Origin: an uncultured Acidobacteriota bacterium
GTDB lineage: Bacteria; Acidobacteriota; Terriglobia; UBA7540
Assembly (NCBI GenBank): GCA_963804995.1
Contig: CAWDSK010000006.1
Span: 800,001 to 864,000 of the forward strand
DNA length: 64,000 nucleotides
Direction: 5' to 3'
Positions 13,191 to 23,261 of the stretch are shown here, in pieces. The notes beneath the pieces were generated by a model. That model saw nothing but the letters and a program-made list of their open reading frames with translations. It searched no databases and had not been told where the DNA came from. The stretch's first letter is position 1; the number at the start of each line of letters is the position of its first letter. The position numbers and the translations under genes were made by a program.

Positions 13191-13232
13191 AATTCAAGAT
13201 TTAAAATTCAGAATTCTAAATTCAAAATTACA
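13191..13232 (+). repeat. Six degenerate 7-bp tandem repeats (consensus AATTCAA)
   Basis: AATTCAA GATTTAA AATTCAG AATTCTA AATTCAA AATTACA. Confidence 0.7.
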
Positions 13233-13241
13233 GAAGCTTCA

Positions 13242-13580
13242 TTGCGCCTTTTTGACCTGCATTGTAATCCGAAGGCCGGGGATGCGGGTCCCATTGCTGA
13301 ATCCCTTCAGCGCGAGCTAACTTGCCTTCGCACGGACTTCGCTGTTCGGCCGAGCCTCGTCGTGGTCACTGGAGACATAACTGACCGGAGTCTCCCGGCA
13401 GGTTTTTACCAGGCTGACCAGATTCTCACGGCTGTGCTCCAGCACCTTGAACTGGATCGATCGCGGCTTGTCCTCGTGCCGAGCAATCATGATCTGACAT
13501 GATCCGCTCTGCCTTGGCATTCTGCGTCGTTGGCGAACTTCCGCGAGTTCTATCAGCGCTTCTATGCTGGGGAGAGGAGT
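13242..13580 (+). pseudogene. Calcineurin-like metallophosphoesterase fragment
   Basis: DLH, VVTGDITDR and VPSNHD (GNHD-like) motifs; premature TGA at 13500-13502. Confidence 0.65.
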
Positions 13581-13646
13581 TTAAAACCACCAACCGTCCT
13601 TGCGGGCATAGGAAATAAATATTCCGGTATTGCTCGGCTTGCTCAT
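13581..13646 (-). pseudogene. TIR-domain N-terminal remnant
   Basis: MSKPSNTGIFISYARKDG resembles the first TIR strand (FISY motif), then stops. Confidence 0.45.
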
Positions 13647-14819
13647 GTGCGTGGAACAATTTACCACGCTTGTTTGGCGGTTGGGGTGAGAATTGTCCTG
13701 GCAGGTCATCCGGCTGCAAACTGGATTTGGAACGACAAACGCCCTTCCAGCCCAGGATAGAGTCAGCGCAGCGTCGTGGATCAGTTGAAGGCTAGGAGAC
13801 CAGACCGATCCCTTTATAGCATCAGAACTAACTGGCCGGCTGAAGTCCGAACTTTGACATGCAAGCAAATTGCTGCGCAAGCATGAATAAATGCACATAT
13901 GACCCCAGCCAAGATAAGGCGGGGGTACACCGGGGACATATTAACTTGTTTCGTGCTGTTCCTAGAACGTCATCCAGTGCCTCCGTGTTCCTGTGATTCC
14001 CTGCAATTCCCGTAAGACCGCGTACTTTCATGGCGAGTTCGAGTCTCCCCACCCCTACCATGTTTTCAACAGGTTGCCACGGAACATCGAATTCGAAAGG
14101 TACAGCTTCGCACGAGTTCACAATTTTTCCCCGTTCACGAGCACCCTGGCCCGTGATGGAATGCTCCGCCCTTCACGAGGCGTACCGATGGCTCTGCCCC
14201 CAAGTTCGGCAGGGGACCATCACGGGGAATCTTGTTTTTGAAGCTTTCGATAACGATGCCGGTCGCGACCGGGGACCCGGCGGCCGATGCTCGTATCGTT
14301 AGTGGTTTCGCGCACATGCTGGCGCACGCGGATGGGTATGGAAGGCTTTGACACTGCCGAACTGAGGCACAGGGCGGGGTTCTCCCGAGGGGACATCATC
14401 AGAGGATCCCTTCGCCCGACCTTTCGATCACACCCTCATGCGTTAAATGCATAAGCACGCATCAGTGCTCCCGATCAATGCACACGCGACTCAGCTTGCC
14501 CGGCCAGAATCCATTTACCGCAGGGTGTCCCTTAACCGAGGATTCCCGGCCTCGCTGGAAGCAAATCCGTGATGGGCACCGCTTGAAGAAATAAATATGT
14601 GACCGACAATTGCAGTCTGAAGCTCCGAACCCGACCGTACCAATAGATTTCGAGCAACGCAGACTCAAGCAAGAATTTTGTTCGTCCGTGGTGTCCACTT
14701 GGTGTCCATTTCTATAGGGTAAGACATAGACTTAAGGGACTCCAAGAGACAGGAAAGAACGACTCCATGATCACGCTTATCGCCTTTGTTTATGCGGATG
14801 AAATGCTAAGTTGAAGATT

Positions 14820-14884
14820 TGGTAGCGCTACCGGGAATCGAACCCGGGTTTTCAGATTGAGAATCTGACGTCCTAACCCCTAGG
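14820..14884 (-). tRNA. tRNA-Glu(CTC), 5'-degenerate or truncated copy (probable att remnant)
   Basis: CTAGGGGTTAGGACGTCAGATTCTCAATCTGAAAACCCGGGTTCGATTCCCGGTAGCGCTACCA; the upstream GGAGTTG pairs poorly with the 3' acceptor strand TAGCGCT. Confidence 0.8.
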
Positions 14885-15166
14885 CGGCAACTCCAGAGAG
14901 CCACCTGGGGCCCGGAAATAGTCCAGATTTGCCACGCCATTTGCAGTCCCCGGTTTCGGGCCTCATAGGGAATGCCAGCGGTCGTGAGGAGTGAGCTTCG
15001 ACTCGGCTTTCCAATCGGTCGCTGCTTGGTGTTCCAAAAGTGTTCCAAAAGTCTATGAAATTGGTACTAAAGGGGATCTTCTTTTGAGCGAAAGCAGACG
15101 CCCCGAATTGGTGTAAAGCCATGGAAAACATGGAAATGGATGGAATACATGGAAACTCGCCAGCTT

Positions 15167-15212
15167 CCTGTCACGCATGAGGTCGAGTATTCAACCTCCC
15201 TCAGTTCCATCA
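15167..15212 (+). pseudogene. Degenerate tRNA-Asp(GTC) 3' half (att remnant)
   Basis: CCTGTCACGCATGAGGTCGAGTATTCAACCTCCCTCAGTTCCATCA, followed by IHF-consensus AATCAAAACGTTA. Confidence 0.5.
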
Positions 15213-15345
15213 CCCTAACGCATACAAATCAAAACGTTAATTGACCTTTTTATTATCCGCATACCTTTGGCGCGGGTGTTATCGCCGAACCGCTACTAGT
15301 CCAAGAGCTATGCGTTGGAACGTTTTGGCCTGCTTCCGTTCCCGG

Positions 15346-15892
15346 TGCCCCCGCGTTCCAACTGCGCGGAACCCCGTTGACGGGCCTACTGGATTGAAAG
15401 TTCCAACCGACCTTATGGACCGATTGGCCGCACATTGCGCCGTGAGTTTCCCGGTTGTGCTTCCTGCGTTATTGAGGCAAACACCGTCCCGCAGGCTGTG
15501 CTTCCATTATGCTTCCAATAAACGGGCTGAAAAAGCGAAGCAGAACCAAGCTAGTATGCTTTGAATCAATGAGATGGCCTTGGGCGACTACAGCCCTGAA
15601 AAGGCTGGCGTCGGCGGTTCAACTCCGTCCCGCGGCACCATATCTGCTATGTTAGCAATGGCTTCCAGCCATCAAAGTCCCTCAAGAATACCTTTCGCGC
15701 CGCCTGTCCTTGCCCACACTTTAATCAGAGTGATCGCCGTAAGTTTTGCGATATCAAGAAGGTAGAACTTGGTAGAGCGCAGCCCAGTAGGGCTTGGCGT
15801 CGACCGATTGGCGAACTACCTCGGACCATTTAACTAATGAGCACAAGAATTTGCATCTGTCATTTGCCAGAATCTCATCCGCGACAACACCT
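15346..15892 (+). repeat. ~550-bp dispersed non-coding repeat, copy 1 (contains tRNA-Phe remnants)
   Basis: Highly similar to 43051-43601 by visual alignment. Confidence 0.9.
15591..15640 (+). pseudogene. tRNA-Phe(GAA) 3' half
   Basis: CAGCCCTGAAAAGGCTG anticodon arm, GGCGGTTCAACTCCGTC T arm and ACCA end; no 5' half upstream. Confidence 0.8.
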
Positions 15893-15958
15893 GGTGCGAT
15901 TCGTCCTCGTCTCAGGGTGAAAACGGAGCCTGAACTCGGTCAAGAGGTGCTTTGAGGA

Positions 15959-16477
15959 GTGCGAAGCTCGCGCCGTACGGACAACGCTCGGGCAACGCCA
16001 GGAATGGGGGCGGCGGGGAGGTCTGGCGCGCGCGAAGGGGCACAGCCAGGAGGAGCTAACACGGTGGGCGAAGATGGGCGGGCGGCCGCCCAAGAAAGGC
16101 AGGAAGCGGTGAACCGCGTGTCTATCGAATCACTGACCTTGGACGTATTTGAAGCGACTATTGAGGGAAAGGTGTTCAAGTTTCGTGATGAAGTTGAGTC
16201 TTCGAAACCGCTTGTCGATTTGGGCCAACGAGCCCTTGATGAAGGCGGACTGGGGAATGCAGGCTCCGTGCTTGAGATGCTTCGGGAGGCGGAACCGACG
16301 AGGGCAATAATGCACGTGGCAGGACTCTTGACGCGATCGCGCCTTGCGCCACTTTTCCAGGAGGATGCTAGCTATTTGTCAGAAGTCCACGACCACCCAG
16401 AGCGCTTCCTAGACAGGATTCAGAGTCTCCTACGCGGTTGCTTTCATGCACGGCTGGAACGCGCACGGAGCCGTTGA
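15959..16477 (+). CDS. Hypothetical protein, possibly a fragment (true start may be ~16108)
   Basis: The C-terminal part has protein-like composition; no recognisable motif. Confidence 0.35.
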   Translation: MRSSRRTDNARATPGMGAAGRSGAREGAQPGGANTVGEDGRAAAQERQEAVNRVSIESLTLDVFEATIEGKVFKFRDEVESSKPLVDLGQRALDEGGLGNAGSVLEMLREAEPTRAIMHVAGLLTRSRLAPLFQEDASYLSEVHDHPERFLDRIQSLLRGCFHARLERARSR

Positions 16478-16717
16478 GGAGGCTCAAAGCATGGATATGT
16501 TCGGAGGCGGCGGAGAGGTGCACCAAGGCCCGAAACTGGTGTGAAGTTAATGGTAGGTCCCAGCAGACAGGTGAAGGAACATTGGGCCGAAACGAAGTGG
16601 CCTGTAGACTCTCATTACCTCTGGTACAAAAAGCCGGTCACCTCAATACCACGGGGTTGTCAAATTTGTAATTCTGCCAAAAAGGTGGAAAAAGACGTGC
16701 AGCCCCCAGTGCGTCGG

Positions 16718-18677
16718 CTACAAGACAGACAGGAGTTGCATCAAGGCACGATGACCCTCCTGTATCGCGGTATCGTGATCCGATTCTGCCGCCAGGTCCG
16801 TGTTGGCAAAGGCAATCCTGCCAAAGGGGGCTCGACGCAGGATTTCACGCGGAGCGGGTTTGCCGTCCTCTCCAAACGTAAATCTAGGCGGGATAACAAC
16901 ATAATGATGCCCCCAACGGTTCAGGATGATCCCGGCAATATCCCGCCGTGGGTCAAATCCGGACATCGAAAACATGTTGGTAAACTGCTCGCGTATTTTC
17001 CGCTCGTACTCGCGAAAGGAAGTCGAAAGTATTTCCGCCCGGCCTTTGCTGCACTGTTCGGCCACACCTAAGCCTTGGTAAAAGAACGGCACGATAAGGG
17101 TCAGGACGGTGGGAGAGTCCGGTCCGATGGTGGGCGAGTCGGCGCCAAACGTGGCGATGGTGCGCACTTCCGTCCAAAAGCCGAAGCCCTCGAACCAGCG
17201 TCCTCCGGAAAGGCCTAGTTTGTGCAGAAAGCGCCAGTTGCGCACGGCCACGTTGGCCACCAAGGTCGCGTTATAGTTGAATTGGTCATAGGCCTCGTGA
17301 TGGGTGGAAGGCAGGTCCCGCACCACATGCTTGGTGATCCAGCCGCCTCCCGCCATGATCACCGTGCGGGCCTTCAGGCGATAAACCTTCCCGTCGCGTG
17401 TGTACATCACGCGGACATAGGAGGATTTTTCCGGCTCTCCATCATGTTCGACACGGACAACCGTCGACCGCAGGCGGATGCGGACTTGATTCGCAGGGCG
17501 ATCCAGCGTGGCAAGGTTGACGCGGTTTCGGCAAACCGCCTCGAGCGTGCGAGGGCCAGGGATCACATCCGGGATGAGGGTCTTCACGATGTGCCGCGTG
17601 AAGCCCGTGTTCCCGCCGGGGAAGCTATGCAGCTGTGCGGGGTCGCCGGGGAGGCCAAATATCCACCGGTAATGGTAACCGCTCATGGCATCGACTCCAA
17701 GCCCAAGGTCGGCCGCGAGACTGGGACCCATAAACAGGCGGGCAAACTCACGGCTTAGGCCGTACCGCTCCGCGATCACCTCGCAAGTGAGGGTATCGAG
17801 GTGGCGCAGATCCTCTTCCGTCTCATGCGGGGGTGATTGGTTCCGCTCGATGACCAGCTTCAGAAACTTCGCGAAATCGGTTCGCAGTTGGGGGGGTAAG
17901 GGAGCACGTTCCAGATTGTTCCAGGGATCAACGAGCCACATTCCCGGTTGCTGGCCAAACTTCGGCCCAAACCAGAAGCCGAAGTTGGAGGGGGAGGGCA
18001 AAAACCGCTGGTGTTGATAGCTGGTCCGGCTCAACGGCATCGTCGGGGGAGGGCCGCCCCACTCCTGGTATTTGAACTCACGGAAATCCACCCCAATGCG
18101 CGCGTAGAATTGTCCAACCAGATCGAGTCCGCGAGTCGTAAAAAAGTTTGAGCCTGCCGGCGCCATCAACCGGTGCCCATCGACCCTGAACTCGTTCAAC
18201 CGCGCCTGGCCGCCGAAAATGGGATGGTTTTCGAGCACCAAACAGGTCTGCTTGGGCGATGCCTGGTCTTTGAAATAAAGCGCCGCCGCCAAGCCACTGA
18301 ACCCTCCCCCCACGATCACCAAGTCGAAGATCTCGCCCGTGTCGACCCCGAACGTCGAGGGAGAATCGAAAACGCCATCCCGCACGGCATGCGCGGCGAG
18401 CACCGCTTCTTCCGTTTGCCCGTTGGCGCCCGTGTAATCGCCCACCCCGGAGATATCCTCCCCAGGACGGCTGCTGTCCAAGGAGTTGAACGGGGGTCAG
18501 CGATTTTAGCAGCACACTTCCGGAAGCCAGCAGGGCAGAGTTCAGAAAATCGCGTCGACAAATCCGCGCATTCATACCCAAAGTGCCGTCGCTCGTCTGC
18601 GCGGCCATGTTTCCAATCTGCGCCTGGTTCACTTTAGACTTCCTTGGGACCTCGGAATCGCTCAACCTTACCTTCAT
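16718..18677 (-). pseudogene. Tat-signal NAD(P)/FAD-dependent oxidoreductase (spermidine dehydrogenase-like), frameshift at ~18450
   Basis: RRDFLN Tat motif in one frame; GGGFSG, LENHPIFGG, FPGGN and NRWGH in the other; paralog of 54428-58269; RBS GGAGGAGG. Confidence 0.85.
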
Positions 18678-18780
18678 GCTTCCTCCTCCCCAAATCCTGG
18701 ACCCTTTCCTGTAGCACGTTACTCTCATTTGATCAATAACCCCCTGCTTCGGGTGCACGACATAAGAGCGAAAAAGCGGA

Positions 18781-18966
18781 GGTAGCGCGGGCGTCCCGCC
18801 CTACAACTAAACCCCTAGCCTGGAGCAGCAGGATACAAAGCTAAAGTCAGATGACAGAAACGCACGGGCAGGATGCTCGCGCGACCGCTCTTGGCATGGC
18901 CATCTTGGCCATGACGGCTCACGGGCGGGACGCCCGTGCCACAGCGGGCGAGACGCCCGCGCTACC
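18781..18966. repeat. Cluster of REP-like palindromes (REPIN-like)
   Basis: GGTAGCGCGGGCGTCCCGCCC, inverted GCGGGCGAGACGCCCGCGCTACC, CACGGGCGGGACGCCCGTGCCAC and CATGGCCATCTTGGCCATG. Confidence 0.75.
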
Positions 18967-19471
18967 TCCCGGCCCGCGCGTTTCTCGCAATGCCCCGCTA
19001 CGCAAGGACACACGTGATGGATCAAGAAAACCTCAACCTTCAACTTCTATGTCGCGCACCCACGTGCAAAAGCAGGCTTGACAAGATACAAGGAAAGGAA
19101 TATAGCGTGGGCGAAGTCTCTCCGGAGGTGGTCAGAACGTCCTGCCGCCGCTTTTCTCCTACCAGCTTTGCTGACCGGATTCCAGATTTCCCCGTCCCTT
19201 GCGCCAGCAAGCATAAGGGGATCGATGTCAGACATCGTGACATACCCGAAGGGACCCGTGTGTGGAAATTTACGTCTTCAAACTGCTCAAGCTGCCACCC
19301 GAGCAGGAAGCCAAAGTATTAGGTGGGAATGTCCGGCCGCTCCTTGGCCATGGCAGGGTGGCTGTCTTCACCTAGAATCTGTCACCCTCAGAAGCATGAA
19401 GGTGTATCCTTAGTTCCCAGCAATAATCTTTCGTCCGAGAAGGTAGCAGAATCTGAAAGAAGAAATGAGTT

Positions 19472-20815
19472 ATGAAAAAGAATCCTTTGACGCGTCGTGA
19501 GTTCTTGGAAAGGACTTCTGCAGGCTTGGCGCTGGCGAGCGGTTCTCCTCGTGCGGCTGCCGTCTCAGGAAATCCCAATGTTCTGGCCTTGAACGGAGGC
19601 ACTCCGGTTCGAACTAAGCCCTTTACCCAGTGGCCTCAGACGTTCGAGTTGGACGAAGCGAACATTCTCAAATCCCTGCGCAGCCATCGTTGGTGCACCT
19701 ACGACAAGGGGAATTTCATTCCCGAGTTTGAGAAGGCGTGGGCTAAAGAGTTGGGGGTGGGTGGCTGCGTGACAACTCCTTGCGGCACGCATGCTCTTCA
19801 TACCGCGTTAGAAGTAGTGGGCGTTAGCCCTGGTGACGAAGTTCTGGTGGCCCCTTACACCTACATCGCCACGATTGACGCCATCCTCCTTAATTTTGCG
19901 CTGCCGGTGTTTGTGGATACCGATCTGAAAACCTTTACCATGGATCCAGGCGACATCGAACACCGCATCACCAAGGACACGCGGGCGATTTTGCCTGTCC
20001 ACATGCTGAGCAATGCGGCACATATGGACAAGATTCTGGACATAGCCAAAAAGCATAATCTCCCGGTGATTGAGGACGCCTGCCAGGCGCACACCACGAC
20101 TTGGAAGGGCAAGCGGCTGGGAACGCTGGGAACGGCCGGTTGTTTCAGCTTCCAGGAGAGCAAGGTTCTGCCTGGCGGCGAACTGGGCGCTATGGTTAGT
20201 AATGATCCGGAACTGATTAAGAAGGCTTACACTTGGCGTAACTTTGGCCTACCGCCGGACGCCCGCCACGAAACCTTCGTGGTGCGGGGGGCCAAGTACC
20301 GGACCTCCGATTTCGCCCCCGCCGTCGCGATGGCACAGATCACTCGCTACCAGAAGGTCCATGCTATACAGGAGGAGAATGCCGCATATCTCAAGGAGCA
20401 ACTAAGAAAGATACCGGGGATATATCCCCAGGAGCAATACCCGGAGACGGCGCACCAGACTTATTACCACTTCGGCATGCGCTATGACGCGGCGCATTTC
20501 AACGGCGTGCCCCGCGACATGATCGTTAAGGCAATCAATGCAGAAGGAATTCCGATGGGCGGGGCTTATGGACCCGCGCTCAATCGCGAACCGTACCTGG
20601 AACAAACCCTCAATTCCCGGGGGTATCAGCGGATCTACTCCAAAGAGCGCCTGGCGCGATATCGAGAACAGAACCTTTGCCCGCACAACGACGAACTCAC
20701 CGCTACGGCCATGGAGTTCGGCCATCATATGCTGATGGGATCAAAGAGCGACATGGACAACATCGCGGCAGCGTTTTCCAAGGTCCAGAAGAATGCCGCG
20801 GACCTGGCGTCGTAA
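19472..20815 (+). CDS. DegT/DnrJ/EryC1/StrS-family PLP aminotransferase with Tat signal
   Basis: TRREFL; GTHALH, EDACQAH and FSFQESK (PLP lysine) motifs. Confidence 0.92.
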   Translation: MKKNPLTRREFLERTSAGLALASGSPRAAAVSGNPNVLALNGGTPVRTKPFTQWPQTFELDEANILKSLRSHRWCTYDKGNFIPEFEKAWAKELGVGGCVTTPCGTHALHTALEVVGVSPGDEVLVAPYTYIATIDAILLNFALPVFVDTDLKTFTMDPGDIEHRITKDTRAILPVHMLSNAAHMDKILDIAKKHNLPVIEDACQAHTTTWKGKRLGTLGTAGCFSFQESKVLPGGELGAMVSNDPELIKKAYTWRNFGLPPDARHETFVVRGAKYRTSDFAPAVAMAQITRYQKVHAIQEENAAYLKEQLRKIPGIYPQEQYPETAHQTYYHFGMRYDAAHFNGVPRDMIVKAINAEGIPMGGAYGPALNREPYLEQTLNSRGYQRIYSKERLARYREQNLCPHNDELTATAMEFGHHMLMGSKSDMDNIAAAFSKVQKNAADLAS

Positions 20816-20979
20816 GGCCTTCTCCGGCCATCTTCTCCGCCCGCGTGGTCAATGCGGTAGTGGAAGGCAGAGTTGTTTTGTGGGGGCGAAGGGGGGCCTT
20901 CGCCCTGCAACCTCAATATCCGTGGATTCCGAGTTGTTGATAGCGCCCAGCGCTGGGATAGATGGCGTGAGTAGAATCA

Positions 20980-21120
20980 TTGCCCCCCATAACGACGAAA
21001 CTGTGCACTGCGAGCATGTGGCTCCGTTACAGTCTGTTGATCGGTTCGGATGGTGATGTGGATGACATTGTTGAGGCCTTTACGAAAATTGAGAAGAACG
21101 CAGCAATGTTGTTGACTGAA
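20980..21120 (+). pseudogene. C-terminal remnant of a third DegT-family gene
   Basis: PHND...LLIGSDGDVDDIVEAFTKIEKNAAML resembles the DegT C-termini in this window. Confidence 0.55.
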
Positions 21121-21264
21121 ATGGTTCGGTTGGAAACAAACGGGTGTGTACTTTCAGGCGGTGCAACGCCAAAAAGCGCATTCCGGACAAAGCTGGATGA
21201 TACCTATCGTACTTTATCCCCCCACGGGACATTTCCTTGGTGCATCCATTAGCGCAGGGAGCCG

Positions 21265-22572
21265 ATGGACGAAACCCACAAGCCGCACAAACCCCCGATC
21301 CGCCACCTTCGCTGGTGGATTGGGGGAGTTCTCTTCGCCTCAACGGTCGTCAACCTCATCGATCGGCAATCCTTAAGCATTCTGGCGCCCATTCTGAAAA
21401 TCGAGTACCGTTGGACCAACACCGACCTTGCCATCATTCTGATTTCATTTCGCGTTGCCTACACGATTATGCAGTCGGTAGGCGGCCGGTTGCTGGACCG
21501 ACTGGGAACGCGCAAGGGACTTTCGATCTCAGTGGCGTTTTATTCCATTGTGGCGGGGGTGACCTCCCTGTGCCGGGGATTGGTCAGCTTCAGCGTATTT
21601 CGATTTCTGCTCGGCGCCGGTGAGGGACCCAATTGGCCGGGCGCAACCAAGGCCGTTTCCGAGTGGTTCCCTAGTAAAGAGCGCGGCTGGGCGGTGGCGA
21701 TATTTGACAGTGGTTCCTCGGTCGGCGGCGCCGTCGCTCCGTTCGTTGTGCTGTGGGCCTACCATACTTTTCATAGTTGGCGCCCTGTCTTCTTGATCAC
21801 GAGCTCATTCGGTTTCGTATGGCTTGTCCTTTGGCAATGGCTCTACCATTCGCCGGAGAAGCATCCTCGCATCTCGCCGGAAGAACTTGCCTACATTCAA
21901 CAAGGTCGCGGGTCCTCCCAGCCTCCGCAAGGCTCCTCACCCTCTGTCGGGTGGTTCCGATTGCTGGGATATCGCCAAACTTGGGGGATTGTCCTCGGAC
22001 GATTCCTCCTCGATCCTTACTGGTATCTAATGTCGGAATGGTTTGCCATCTTTCTTGTGAGCAAGGGATTCAAGCTCGAACAGAGCATCCTGGGATTCTG
22101 GATCCCTTTCCTGGCGTCGGATCTCGGCAATTTTTTTGGCGGGGCGCTTTCCAGTTTCTGGATTTCCCGCGGTTGGCCCGTGGGCCGTTCCCGGCGCACC
22201 GTCTTGCTGATTTTCGGGCCGAGCATGCTGATTCTCATGGCCTGCGCGTTCACGTCGAAGTACTTGCTGCTCGTCAGCCTCTTTGGTTACGCCTCCTTTG
22301 CTTTTTCGGCGTGTGCCACCATGTTCCTTTCTTTGCCCGCCGACGCTTTCAACACTCGAGCGGTGGCGTCGGTCAGCGGATTGTCAGGGACAGGGGCGGG
22401 GCTCGGAACCCTGCTCTCCACTTACTTGATCGGTCGCGTCACCGACCGCTTCTCCTTCCAACCCGTAGTCATCGCCGCGTCGATCATTCCTTGTCTTGCC
22501 ACCGCCGTGTTTGTTTCGCTGGTCCGCGCCCCCAAGCGGCCGGACCCCCAGGGCCTTTTGGTCGACTTTTAA
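21265..22572 (+). CDS. MFS transporter (ACS / ExuT-like hexuronate family)
   Basis: NLIDRQSLS, GRLLDRLGTR, RFLLGAGEG and EWFPSKERG motifs; about 12 TM segments. Confidence 0.9.
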   Translation: MDETHKPHKPPIRHLRWWIGGVLFASTVVNLIDRQSLSILAPILKIEYRWTNTDLAIILISFRVAYTIMQSVGGRLLDRLGTRKGLSISVAFYSIVAGVTSLCRGLVSFSVFRFLLGAGEGPNWPGATKAVSEWFPSKERGWAVAIFDSGSSVGGAVAPFVVLWAYHTFHSWRPVFLITSSFGFVWLVLWQWLYHSPEKHPRISPEELAYIQQGRGSSQPPQGSSPSVGWFRLLGYRQTWGIVLGRFLLDPYWYLMSEWFAIFLVSKGFKLEQSILGFWIPFLASDLGNFFGGALSSFWISRGWPVGRSRRTVLLIFGPSMLILMACAFTSKYLLLVSLFGYASFAFSACATMFLSLPADAFNTRAVASVSGLSGTGAGLGTLLSTYLIGRVTDRFSFQPVVIAASIIPCLATAVFVSLVRAPKRPDPQGLLVDF

Positions 22573-22681
22573 ATCATCAACTCCCACCCGGGACACCCCC
22601 CAGATAGAGAAAATTGGTGCAGGGGGACGCTGAACAGCTGGATGGAATTCCAGCGCGAGTGCTTTTCCTTAGCAACGCCTT

Positions 22682-22805
22682 CTATCGAATCGCCATAGTA
22701 GCGGCTTCGAGGAGCAGAGGGTCCTCATCGTTAAATTCCTTTTTCAGCCTGTTGAAAGTGGAGAGAGTCCGGGCGGCTTTCTCCTTCTGACCTGTTTCGT
22801 GTTTC
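22682..22805 (-). pseudogene. Inverted C-terminal remnant of the TPR protein
   Basis: ETGQKEKAARTLSTFNRLKKEFNDEDPLLLE versus ETGQKEKAAEALATFHKLKKEFNDEDLLILE in 26598-28238. Confidence 0.75.
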
Positions 22806-23261
22806 CGCATATAGGCGATAGCTGGTAGAAGGCCGGATGGCAAGGTTGATTTAAGCAGGCTTACCGAAAGGACACGAGGTCGATCCATGCACTCTGTGGT
22901 TTGCTTTCAAAAGACGTACGGGTGCTCGTGTGCAGTCCTGCACGAACAGACCGAGGACAGAGAGCAGGCTATAGGTCTAGCGAGGGCGGCGAAGAGAGCG
23001 TCCGTTTCAAAGTTCGGGGAATGTCCAACATCGAGTGCTGGTCGGCGCCAGCACTAGGCAAGATGCACGGGTGAGGGTTGGTGGGTACTCGACGATTCAG
23101 GGGAGAACATGGCTCGCTTTGCAGGATTCTGAATATGCTACGCTGCTTAGCGTGGTCCATAAGGCCTCCGCAGAAAATCTACCAACCACGTATTGTATTC
23201 TACCGAATAGGCCAAAGAATCTGGGTAGGGATTGTGGTGGTAATCCGCGAGGTGCAACACG

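Noticed and set aside
14150..14380. Tiny motif-like pieces (AYRWLC, IS1182-like; EGFDTAEL, adenylate cyclase/ATPase tail-like)
   Set aside because: They are too short to support a call without a search.
15241..15765. ORFs inside the duplicated 550-bp repeat
   Set aside because: Starts and stops differ between the copies, and one ORF runs through the tRNA remnant.
15591..15802. Circularly permuted or split tRNA-Phe gene (3' half before 5' half)
   Set aside because: The downstream part lacks a 5' acceptor strand complementary to CCGCGGC, and its anticodon loop is degenerate and differs between the two copies.
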